Shown here piece after piece: positions 23,501 through 32,541 of a DNA stretch of 64,000 nt. The DNA is from Babesia bigemina. Taxonomy: Eukaryota. The notes below the pieces were generated by a model. It was not told the DNA's origin, ran no database searches, and saw nothing but the letters and a program-made list of their open reading frames with translations. Made by a program: the position numbers and the translations under genes. The stretch is from the NCBI RefSeq assembly GCF_000981445.1, contig NW_012237237.1, positions 1-64,000 on the forward strand. Reading direction: 5' to 3'. Position 1 is the first letter of the stretch. Each line of letters opens with the position of its first letter.

Positions 23501-25680
23501 GTTGCTTACAAAGACTATTCGACGGTTTGCATGAGCTTTGGCAAAACTGTGCGAATAAAGCTGCCTGGGAGCACAAAACAATTTCGCTAACGGAAACTGC
23601 GCAACACGGTAATACAATCACCAATCCACTCGGAAGCTTTTTCAAGCGCAGCGGTTACACTGTCTGCTCAGGCCCGAACAAGCATAACGGTGAGCTGCGG
23701 AACACTGTGGAGTGCAGGGGCGGGCATATTCACCAGAAGTTGGATGCAAGCATAAGGGGCATTGATAGTAAAACGTACAAGCTTGTCACCAAGGAAGACG
23801 AAGAGAAAGAAGATAAGGACAGCATACAAAATCATGGACTCCTCAAGAAGCTGTTCGACCACCTCCACGATTACTACACCGTTCGTCATTTGCCTCATTT
23901 CGCCGCGAGGAAATATCCGTGCTCCGTATTTGACATGCTCAAGTGGCTGTGCGGCCTCACTTCCAGTACCGTCTACAACGACCTAACACTCAACGGCTTC
24001 GATGTGCTGTTTGAGAAAGACGAAAAAGAGACGGAGGCTGTAACTGATTTCGTTGTTGTGGAAGCCAAGCCCCCCTCTCTGTCGGCATACCCGTATGACA
24101 TCACTTCTCGTATATTAAGCGGTGAACTGGCAGAGGTTTGCCACTACTCGCAGGACGTGCTCACCTGTCTGCTTGGCAATGGTCACGCCGATGGCATCTA
24201 CGCTTGTGAGTTCAATACCAACTACGACGGGTTCATGTATCCCGGTAATATGGACACGTTATTGTGTATGTTGCGTGAGATTGTAAACCGCGTGTACCTT
24301 CAGCTGCACTTCCTATTCCAACAGTGTCAGTACGGCACTTCGCTGAGCGGTTGGCTGGAATGTGAGTACGGTAGAGACGTCGGCGGCTCGTCATGGCAGT
24401 GCAATACCAACCAATGTGCTGACCAAAAGTGCAAGCAAATAGCTGACCAAAAGAGGAACCAAAACTGTAAGTTACACCCTAAGTGCGGAGTAAAATCGCC
24501 ATTGCAATCCTTCCTTGAAGACGGTCTCCAGGGCTTCTTGCCGCATCAAATCAAATATGAAAAAGGCAAACTGGAGTGCAACGTTAAGTCTCATGCCGGC
24601 ATACAGTGTATCACGCCGATGGGCTTTGCCGACATCAGTCACGTTGCTTCCCTTACGCAAACAGGGCACCGCATCGCGGATGTGCTTGCTGGCTTCTGCG
24701 GCAATCAGATGTCTCCTCTGGCTAAGATGTGCAGTCTACTGAATTGCGCTATTCTCAGTGCGCCGAAAACACTGGGTGAGATGTTCGCATTTTATTACGG
24801 GTTCCTTGATGGGTACTATGATGGAAATACGAAACGCATGAAACATCGGGAACTGCCTTATGCGGAAGCTGTAAAAGATGCCAATTTCAAAAACGACAAC
24901 AACAGATTGGACATTACGTCGATGTTCAAGAGCTCTTCTCATGAATCCGTTCCTGCGTCTACCCATACCAACGGTGACCTGTTCTCCCTTGTTGGCTGCA
25001 ATCCGAAGCAGAATCCAATCTTCCCCTGTGGACCGTATTTGCAATCTTTATCATTATCTATTCATTGCATGTTTTCTGAAAATCACGCTGATAAATATTT
25101 GTCGTGGATTGTTTACCTGACTGAGACATTTTATGACCTGCTTAAGAAATTGTTTGAAGATTGCAAGAAGCATTGCGGTGGTGATAGGCCAAAATGCCGC
25201 GTTGCTAAGTGTGCTTCAACATGTAGCGTAACAACGAAAACCGCCACGCCTAGTCACGCTGACTCATGTGACAGCATCGCCAATTGCAAGGCTACGCTTC
25301 CTACTTTGTGCAGATATGGTTTCACGATTGGCAACCTATCCAAACTGAGCGGCATGGATGTTACATCACGAAAACGCACGTGCAACGATTTTTGCAAAAT
25401 ATTAGGAAACGCCGTTATGGAAGGAAATACACTTCATACGTTGGCTCACAAAATTATTCCAGAATTCCTTTTCAAAATTCGGGAACCTTTTATATGGCTC
25501 AACGTCGCCCTTTGGTCATTATCTCTCTTCTACCTCTTCTGCGTAATGGTTGGCAGGCTGGATGTGCTGCACATCAAATCACACTTACGATCACCGTCAT
25601 CGCACAGGATAACGGCGCAGTCATTGTTGGCTGCAGCGCAAGTCGGAAGGCTTGCCAAGATATCGTATCTACAACCGTAA
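20509..25680 (+). CDS. ves1: ves1-like copy 4 (class-2 tail, body type B); leader from ATG 20233 has TAA at 20356 and 20374
   Basis: 1723-codon ORF; KSPLQSFLEDGL and LSWIVYLTETFYDLL motifs; tail GRLDVLHIKSHLRSPSSHRITAQSLLAAAQVGRLAKISYLQP. Confidence 0.85.
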   Translation: MMGFLFSIITDVNKNENLKKYNDNLNGILEKIKLAKYNRNNFDSSIREVSQGIKAWVRGVEERNESITKPLANLEKTLHGHASVEMDDNPITDQLSTWQGFSSIYLQEVEKSEIALDEIDDELRNEIAPKIELIKQVVDNFWNSVNDLGVYDSVKKLKVKFGAIPKIVNMEIGTQIQEVNNTLNDKFEKMFRDIHNLTQNKKSHINSIRKAVQSAKQLADTLVDDSTNVFDKKYKANISDRFNEIKAKIEKFCKVNGDGQPTLFSEFYKVRTKVEGLETDVRHGLGELKQEINGLTKDMNDSNLIVKEALQQLETDREPLYRLTFNGANSIVTLTKGLEGKFQKVIQQDLKSSISEVDNAIRKLGATFGVGVGGDKKLRSILEHLRTQIGTIKGSDYEDKGCSAIVARVKSYAAKFTKSKFGEKVLDGWIGDILKEDSVVKTRIEEYIKDNNGTNNRGMNGVGTNRFTNPLIKADELHNPLKTEIKTVLNSEVIQKATENFNDAQDSVEKNLNGLHGVCTAFATELGKVIDGKDAEIARQVDNQVRDNSKGVTEQSDLKTAVKYILQRLVSRANKFASDIGNLIKECEFSNVDAPSNTAVDLYKKLYDAMNAGVDGKLSEMRSKIRDLDNIFTKGVKNELQTETNNIERVLNNFNSNVKERIKDAAEKAIEQAVGKFGSNGIMNLEQLMGQFHQSERALQSSVKQIENQLNILKTFPSAVDSKRKNAEEIMKTLKTEVREISAKIEAIDPILIKAENVLGTAIQTLERSLEDTRKYTTLVLPLLQQNLQQHVTNSFNEMEEYVQEMFNAQRKAEFQSLKKSVDIQIPQIKSIIQSDMEKGLKGLMKNLKGPFAQLLNSGAHLSSYTKRVKEFFANLLEDLTRQSDVVKYHSPLLTPLSSALSALLSAMHDQRHFSADVSLRLAELQAALTTLTPTAFAEASPLLNVVKRGVRAFHGELAKQYVSRYSGKQITWVKDVGKPPKSEPTEEALKCGKVFFSCLQRLFDGLHELWQNCANKAAWEHKTISLTETAQHGNTITNPLGSFFKRSGYTVCSGPNKHNGELRNTVECRGGHIHQKLDASIRGIDSKTYKLVTKEDEEKEDKDSIQNHGLLKKLFDHLHDYYTVRHLPHFAARKYPCSVFDMLKWLCGLTSSTVYNDLTLNGFDVLFEKDEKETEAVTDFVVVEAKPPSLSAYPYDITSRILSGELAEVCHYSQDVLTCLLGNGHADGIYACEFNTNYDGFMYPGNMDTLLCMLREIVNRVYLQLHFLFQQCQYGTSLSGWLECEYGRDVGGSSWQCNTNQCADQKCKQIADQKRNQNCKLHPKCGVKSPLQSFLEDGLQGFLPHQIKYEKGKLECNVKSHAGIQCITPMGFADISHVASLTQTGHRIADVLAGFCGNQMSPLAKMCSLLNCAILSAPKTLGEMFAFYYGFLDGYYDGNTKRMKHRELPYAEAVKDANFKNDNNRLDITSMFKSSSHESVPASTHTNGDLFSLVGCNPKQNPIFPCGPYLQSLSLSIHCMFSENHADKYLSWIVYLTETFYDLLKKLFEDCKKHCGGDRPKCRVAKCASTCSVTTKTATPSHADSCDSIANCKATLPTLCRYGFTIGNLSKLSGMDVTSRKRTCNDFCKILGNAVMEGNTLHTLAHKIIPEFLFKIREPFIWLNVALWSLSLFYLFCVMVGRLDVLHIKSHLRSPSSHRITAQSLLAAAQVGRLAKISYLQP

Positions 25681-25827
25681 TTGTATTCACGTCTGTAATT
25701 ACTACACTCACTTACCATAGCTCACCTACTCACCTAACCGACAAACGTAGTCTAATGTCTCGAATTGCTCTAGCGGCAACCTGTGAACTAAATAGCGTAG
25801 AGATTAAGTGATGAGTGAACGACAATG

Positions 25828-25985
25828 CAACGTGTTGACCTAGCAGCCAGGCTAAGTGCTAAGCTAGCAACCAAGCAAAGTGGTAAGCAAGCAACCAGGC
25901 AAAGTGGTAAGCAAGCAACCAGGCAAAGTGGTAAGCTAGCAACCAGGCAACGTGCTAAGCTGGCACACAGGCAAAGTGCTGAGCT
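25828..25985. repeat. 24-bp tandem repeat (AAAGTGSTAAGCTAGCAACCAGGC-like)
   Basis: About 6 degenerate units; same repeat at 37975, 57522 and 61827. Confidence 0.9.
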
Positions 25986-26514
25986 GGCGGATGAACCGTA
26001 ATTTGGTGGGTGTTGTAGCACGTTGATTGCCCGGTGCTTTGAGTTGTGCGTTGACTGTGAGAGGTGTCCGCGTTGCCCATTGAGTCAGTGTCACGTGAGG
26101 CTGGGTGATTGGTCGCTAACGTAGGCGGCCGTGAGGGCCGCGGCGGGTGACCTAAGTCGTCTGTTGCGAGTCACTGGCAGGGTGGCGTAATCGGCGTTGG
26201 CCTCGTTAAGTAGCATTTATAAGCGGCAATGTAGCGATTGTTAATATAACATTTAGGCACGTAGCCGACACGCTCCGCCAGCATGGCGCCGATACCGCGG
26301 CTCGTAGCACGGTGCTGCTGCACTGTGGGAGTTGAGCGCACGGGGTTCGCTGCGATTTTAATGGCGTTGCGAATAGTGAATAATTTAAAGTGACAGTTGG
26401 TGCTGATCACATGCGTCGCGTCAGGGCATCTGTGGTATCCCGGGCAGCGTGGGTGTCGGTGGCCTGGGCTGGGGGGACACAGGGGTGAGGGTTAAGTAAG
26501 TCATGTTGCAGTGG
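25984..26514 (+). promoter_or_regulatory. Conserved ~530 bp non-coding block, putative promoter/5' region of the small Cys-rich TM gene
   Basis: Highly similar copies precede all four small genes; indels between copies break any shared reading frame. Confidence 0.5.
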
Positions 26515-26929
26515 GTGAGTGCGTTGCTAGGTGATTGATATGCTAGCAGGCTGAGGGGACTGGGAGCGGCAGTGGTAGTGTTGCAGTTGGTGAGTGCTGC
26601 TTAGGTGATTGACATGTTCGCAGGTTGAGGGGACTGGAAGCGGCAGTGGTACGTGTTGTAGTAGGTGAGTGCTGCTTGAGTGATTGATAAGTTTGCAGGT
26701 TGAGGGGACTGGGAGCGGCAGTGGTACGTGTTGCAGTTGGTGAGTGCGTTGCTTGAGTGATTGATATGTTTGCAGGGTGAGGGGACTGGGAGCGGCAGTA
26801 GTATGTGTTGCAGTTGGTGAGTGCGTTGCTTGAGTGATTGATATGTTTGCAGGGTGAGGGGACTGGGAGCGGCAGTGGTACGTGTTGCAGTTGGTGAGTG
26901 CGTTGCTCAAGTGATTGACATGTCTGCAG
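26515..26929 (+). repeat. ~75-bp repeat made of six putative 34-36 nt GT-AG introns and 40-41 nt mini-exons
   Basis: GTGAGT...TGATTGAY...GCAG at 26515-26549, 26590-26623, 26665-26698, 26740-26775, 26817-26852 and 26894-26929. Confidence 0.75.
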
Positions 26930-26952
26930 GTTGAGGGGAGTGGGAGGGGAAG

Positions 26953-27528
26953 ATGGGAGGGAAGACGTACTTGCCAGGTGATGCGTGTACTAGGTGTAGT
27001 AATGGATGTCGAAGATATGAAGTATGTAATTGTTGTCCCTGGTGTTGTGTGGAATGTACTAAAGATTTCAACAGTTGCTATGAATGTCTTCCAATTGTGT
27101 GGAAGCGCACTAATGGCCGGGAGCCTTACGATTGCAAACCTTCGCCATGTAGCGTCAAATGTAAAGGCAAGGAGAAGACATGTCAATGTGAGTGTAACAG
27201 TTGTAAAAAGAAACGTGAAAGTGAACAACGTACTGTCTCCTTCCAGTCTCTCACCCTTCAACAGCAATCCGCTGCTTCCCCTGACACTCAGGATCACGCC
27301 GTCACTCAAGATCGTGGCTCCCATACCGAAGCTCAAACCCAAAATCACTATTCTCCAGAATCTTCTACAGGTCCTTCCATTTCCCCCTCCGCCATCACCG
27401 CCGTCATCGTTGCCATCATCGTCGCCATCATCCTGCTGGACCTGTGCATCTTCCGCTTCCCGGTGGGCCGCAACATCCGCGATTTCCTCGTACGCAAGAT
27501 ACCCTTCTGCATCGCGTTCCACAGCTAA
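26953..27528 (+). CDS. Small Cys-rich single-TM membrane protein, copy a (191 aa, tail type A)
   Basis: ATG after GGGAAG; Cys-rich N-terminus (CxxCxxxC...CxCCxxCCxxC), S/T/Q/P linker, TM AITAVIVAIIVAIILL, tail DLCIFRFPVGRNIRDFLVRKIPFCIAFHS; paralogs in the window. Confidence 0.8.
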   Translation: MGGKTYLPGDACTRCSNGCRRYEVCNCCPWCCVECTKDFNSCYECLPIVWKRTNGREPYDCKPSPCSVKCKGKEKTCQCECNSCKKKRESEQRTVSFQSLTLQQQSAASPDTQDHAVTQDRGSHTEAQTQNHYSPESSTGPSISPSAITAVIVAIIVAIILLDLCIFRFPVGRNIRDFLVRKIPFCIAFHS

Positions 27529-27613
27529 ACTCCGCAATTTGTTAGCGCCAACATCGTAATCCAAATCCCACTGAGCACCTAACTGCCAACTGACATCTAA
27601 TGTCTAGACAGTA

Positions 27614-27811
27614 TTGATTGCGTTGATGAACAATCACATGGGCAACGAGGTGACTACTTCCCTCACCCCTTACATCATCGTCCCCGTCGCCCTCGTCATC
27701 GTCGTCGCCATCATCCTGCTCGACCTGTGCATCTTCCGATTCCCGGTGGGCCGCAACATCCGCGATTTCCTCGTACGCAAGATACCCTTCTGCATCGCGT
27801 TCTACAGCTGA
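27614..27811 (+). pseudogene. Orphan TM + tail-A cassette (micro-ORF or fragment)
   Basis: PYIIVPVALVIVVAIILLDLCIFRFPVGRNIRDFLVRKIPFCIAFYS with no Cys domain. Confidence 0.65.
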
Positions 27812-27898
27812 ACTATGCAATTTGGTAGCGCAAACATCGTAATCCATATCCCACCGATCACCTAACTGGCAACTACATCTAATGTTATACACAAAGTA

Positions 27899-28048
27899 AT
27901 GATTGCGTTGGTTACCAATGCCATAAGCAGCAAGGTTACTATGATTCCCGTCCCTTACATTATCGTCCCCGTCATCCTCGTCATCTGCGTCATGAGCTAC
28001 TTCCGCATCCGGCCCTTCCACAAGGTGCGGTATCTACTGCGCAGCTAA
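27899..28048 (+). pseudogene. Orphan TM + tail-B cassette (49-aa micro-ORF or fragment)
   Basis: Hand translation: MIALVTNAISSKVTMIPVPYIIVPVILVICVMSYFRIRPFHKVRYLLRS*. Confidence 0.65.
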
Positions 28049-28096
28049 TGACCACAACCCAACTGCCAACTGACATCTAATATTCTAGACACAGTA

Positions 28097-28303
28097 ATGA
28101 TTGCATTGATGAAAAATCACATGAGCAGTGATGTGACTATAACACTTTCCCCCCCTCCCTACTTCGCCATCGCCGCCGTCATCGTTGCCATCATCGTCGC
28201 CATCATCCTGCTCGACCTGTGCATCTTCCGCTTCCCGGTGGGCCGCAACATCCGCGATTTCCTCGTACGCAAGATACCGTTCTGCATCGCGTTCTACAGC
28301 TGA
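28097..28303 (+). pseudogene. Orphan TM + tail-A cassette (68-aa micro-ORF or fragment)
   Basis: ORF track; same TM/tail as the 26953 gene. Confidence 0.65.
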
Positions 28304-28404
28304 GCTTAGCAATTTGTTAGCGCATAAGTCGTAATCCACATCCCACTGATCACCTAATTGGCAACTGACATCTAATGTTCTAGACAGAGTAATGATTGCG
28401 TTGA

Positions 28405-29343
28405 TGACCAATGCCATGACCAACGTGGTGACCAATATGCTGACCAACGTGTTGACCAATGTGCTGACCAAAGTGTTGATCAACGTGTTGACAAATGTGC
28501 TGACCAATGCCATGACCAATGCCATGACCAAGTTAGTGGTCACGGCAGCGATGACATGGTCACGGCAGCGATGACATGGTGACGGCAGCGGTGACATGGT
28601 TACGGCAGCGATGACATGGTCACGGCAGCGATGACATGGTCACAGCAGCGATGACATGGTGACCAGAGTAGTGATTATCATCCACTCTTCATCGCTCCTT
28701 AACCCACTCCACATCGCTCCTTTACCCACTCTTCATCGCTCCCTAATCCACTCTACATCGCTCCCTTCTCCACTCTACATCGCCCCTTTACCCACTCCAC
28801 ATCGCTCCCTAACCCACTCTACATCGCCCCTTTATCCACTCTACATCGCTCCCTTATCCACTCTACATCGCCCCTTTATCCACTCTACATCGCCCCTTAA
28901 CCCACGCCACATCGCCCCTTAACCCACGCCACATCGCTCTTTTATCCACTCCACATCGCCACTTAACCCACTCTACATCGCCCCTTAATCCACTCCACAT
29001 CGCTCCCTAACCCACTCCACATCGCTCCTTTATCCACTCTAATCGCTCTCTAACCCACTCCACATCGCTCCTTTATCCACTCTACATCGCCCCTTTATCC
29101 ACTCCACATCGCCCCTTTACCCACTCTACATCGCCCCTTAACCCACTCCACATCGCTCCCTAACCCACTCTACATCGCCCCTTTATCCACTCTACATCGC
29201 CCCTTTATCCACTCCACATCGCCCCTTTATCCACTCCACATCGCCCTTTACCTACTCTACATCGCCCCTTTATCCACTCTACATCGCTCCCTAACCCACT
29301 CCACATCGCCCCTCATCCACTCTACATCGCCCCTTTATCCACT
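28405..29343. repeat. Composite spacer (12-/20-/22-mer) not followed by a ves gene
   Basis: The 22-mer array ends abruptly at 29343 and joins a 24-mer fragment plus the conserved block. Confidence 0.9.
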
Positions 29344-29354
29344 GGCGAAGTGCT

Positions 29355-30277
29355 AAGCTGGCGGATGAACCGTAATTTGGTTGTTGCGTTGAGTTGTGCG
29401 TTGACTGTGAGAGGCGTCCGCGTTGCCCATTGAGTGAGTGTCACGTGAGGCTGGGTGATTGGTCGCTACGTAGCGGGCCGTGAGGGCCGCGGCGGGTGAC
29501 CAAAGTCGTGTGTTGCGAGTCACTGGCAGGGTGGCGTAATTGGCGTTGGCCCGGTTAAGTAGCATTTATAGGCGGCGATGTAGCGATCGTTAATGTCACA
29601 TTTAGGCACGTAGCCAACACGCTCCGCCAGTATGGCGTCTATATTGCGGCTCGTAGCACGGTGCGGCTGCACTGTGGGAGTTGAGCGCACGGGGTTCGCT
29701 GCAATTTTCATGGCGTTGCGAATAGTGAATAATTTAGAGTGACAGTTGGTGCTGATCACATGCGCCGCGTTAGGCGGAGGTGTGGTATCCCGGGCAGCGT
29801 GGGTGTCGGTGGCCTGGGCTGGGGGATACAGGGGTGAGGGTTAAGTAAGTCATGTTGTAGTTGGTGAGTGCGTTGCTAGGTGATTGATAGTTTGCAGGCT
29901 GAGGGGAGTGGGAGCGGCAGTGGTAGTGTTGCAGTTGGTGAGTGCTGCTTAGGTGATTGACATGTTCGCAGGTTGAGGGGACTGGAAGCGGCAGTGGTAC
30001 GTGTTGTAGTAGGTGAGTGCTGCTTGAGTGATTGATAAGTTTGCAGGTTGAGGGGACTGGGAGCGGCAGTGGTACGTGTTGCAGTTGGTGAGTGCGTTGC
30101 TTGAGTGATTGATATGTTTGCAGGGTGAGGGGACTGGGAGCGGCAGTAGTATGTGTTGCAGTTGGTGAGTGCGTTGCTTGAGTGATTGATATGTTTGCAG
30201 GGTGAGGGGACTGGGAGCGGCAGTGGTACGTGTTGCAGTTGGTGAGTGCGTTGCTCAAGTGATTGACATGTCTGCAG
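29355..30277 (+). promoter_or_regulatory. Conserved block (~29355-29863) plus six-unit mini-intron array (29864-30277)
   Basis: Paralogous to 25984-26929. Confidence 0.55.
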
Positions 30278-30300
30278 GTTGAGGGGAGTGGGAGGGGAAG

Positions 30301-30876
30301 ATGGGAGGGAAGACGTACTTGCCAGGTGATGCGTGTACTAGGTGTAGTAATGGATGTCGAAGATATGAAGTATGTAATTGTTGTCCCTGGTGTTGTGTGG
30401 AATGTACTAAAGATTTCAACAGTTGCTATGAATGTCTTCCAATTGTGTGGAAGCGCACTAATGGCCGGGAGCCTTACGATTGCAAACCTTCGCCATGTAG
30501 CGTCAAATGTAAAGGCAAGGAGAAGACATGTCAATGTGAGTGTAACAGTTGTAAAAAGAAACGTGAAAGTGAACAACGTACTGTCTCCTTCCAGTCTCTC
30601 ACCCTTCAACAGCAATCCGCTGCTTCCCCTGACACTCAGGATCACGCCGTCACTCAAGATCGTGGCTCCCATACCGAAGCTCAAACCCAAAATCACTATT
30701 CTCCAGAATCTTCTACAGGTCCTTCCATTTCCCCCTCCGCCATCACCGCCGTCATCGTTGCCATCATCGTCGCCATCATCCTGCTGGACCTGTGCATCTT
30801 CCGCTTCCCGGTGGGCCGCAACATCCGCGATTTCCTCGTACGCAAGATACCCTTCTGCATCGCGTTCCACAGCTAA
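30301..30876 (+). CDS. Small Cys-rich single-TM protein, copy b (identical to copy a)
   Basis: Identical 191-aa translation. Confidence 0.8.
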   Translation: MGGKTYLPGDACTRCSNGCRRYEVCNCCPWCCVECTKDFNSCYECLPIVWKRTNGREPYDCKPSPCSVKCKGKEKTCQCECNSCKKKRESEQRTVSFQSLTLQQQSAASPDTQDHAVTQDRGSHTEAQTQNHYSPESSTGPSISPSAITAVIVAIIVAIILLDLCIFRFPVGRNIRDFLVRKIPFCIAFHS

Positions 30877-30974
30877 ACTCCGCAATTTGTTAGCGCCAAC
30901 ATCGTAATCCAAATCCCACTGAGCACCTAACTGCCAACTGACATCTAATGTCTAGACAGTATTGATTGCGTTGA

Positions 30975-32513
30975 TGACCAATGCCATGACCAACGTGGTG
31001 ACCAATATGCTGACCAACGTGTTGACCAATGTGCTGACCAAAGTGTTGATCAACGTGTTGACAAATGTGCTGACCAATGCCATGACCAATGCCATGACCA
31101 AGTTAGTGGTCACGGCAGCGATGACATGGTCACGGCAGCGATGACATGGTGACGGCAGCGGTGACATGGTTACGGCAGCGATGACATGGTCACGGCAGCG
31201 ATGACATGGTCACAGCAGCGATGACATGGTGACCAGAGTAGTGATTATCATCCACTCTTCATCGCTCCTTAACCCACTCCACATCGCTCCTTTACCCACT
31301 CTTCATCGCTCCCTAATCCACTCTACATCGCTCCCTTCTCCACTCTACATCGCCCCTTTACCCACTCCACATCGCTCCCTAACCCACTCTACATCGCCCC
31401 TTTATCCACTCTACATCGCTCCCTTATCCACTCTACATCGCCCCTTTATCCACTCTACATCGCCCCTTAACCCACGCCACATCGCCCCTTAACCCACGCC
31501 ACATCGCTCTTTTATCCACTCCACATCGCCACTTAACCCACTCTACATCGCCCCTTAATCCACTCCACATCGCTCCCTAACCCACTCCACATCGCTCCTT
31601 TATCCACTCTAATCGCTCTCTAACCCACTCCACATCGCTCCTTTATCCACTCTACATCGCCCCTTTATCCACTCCACATCGCCCCTTTACCCACTCTACA
31701 TCGCCCCTTAACCCACTCCACATCGCTCCCTAACCCACTCTACATCGCCCCTTTATCCACTCTACATCGCCCCTTTATCCACTCCACATCGCCCCTTTAT
31801 CCACTCCACATCGCCCTTTACCTACTCTACATCGCCCCTTTATCCACTCTACATCGCTCCCTAACCCACTCCACATCGCCCCTCATCCACTCTACATCGC
31901 CCCTTTATCCACTCCACATCGCTCCCTTATCCACTCTACATCGCCCCTTTACCCACTCTACATCGCCCCTTTATCCACTCTACATCGCTCCTTTATCCAC
32001 TCTACATCGCCCCTTTATCCACTCTACATCGCTCCTTTATCCACTCTACATCGCCCCTTTATCCACTCCACATCGCCCCTTTATCCACTCCACATCGCCC
32101 CTTTATCCACTCTACATCGCCCCTTTATCCACTCTACATCGCTCCCTTATCCACTCTACATCGCCCCTTAACCCACTCTACATCGCTCCCTTATCCACTC
32201 TACATCGCCCCTTAACCCACTCTACATCGCTCCCTAACCCACTCTACATCGCCCCTTAACCCACCTTACATCGCCCCTTTATCCACTCTACATCGCTCCC
32301 TAACCCACTCTACATCGCCCCTTTATCCACTCTACATCGCCCCTTAACCCACTCTACATCGCCCCTTATCCACTCTACACCGCACCTTAACCCACTCTAC
32401 ATCGCTCCTCTACCCACTCTACATCGCCCCTTAACTCACTCTACATCGCCCCTTTATCCACTCTACATCGCTCCCTAACCCACTCCGCATCGCTCCATAA
32501 CCCACTCCACATC
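30975..32513. repeat. Composite spacer: 12-mer, 20-mer, 22-mer (~31252-32513)
   Basis: Tandem repeats. Confidence 0.95.
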
Positions 32514-32541
32514 CCTCGAATTACCTCGCCATGATACCCCT

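Noticed and set aside
26411..26514. Possible signal-peptide exon MRRVRASVVSRAAWVSVAWAGG upstream of the intron array
   Set aside because: Indels change the frame in other copies and the 40/41-nt exons would not preserve frame; treated as UTR, though not excluded without cDNA
26527..27564. 345/380-aa minus-strand ORFs and the 214-aa alternative plus-frame ORF over the small gene
   Set aside because: Shadows of the Cys-rich gene and the repeat; only the Cys/TM frame is conserved among paralogs
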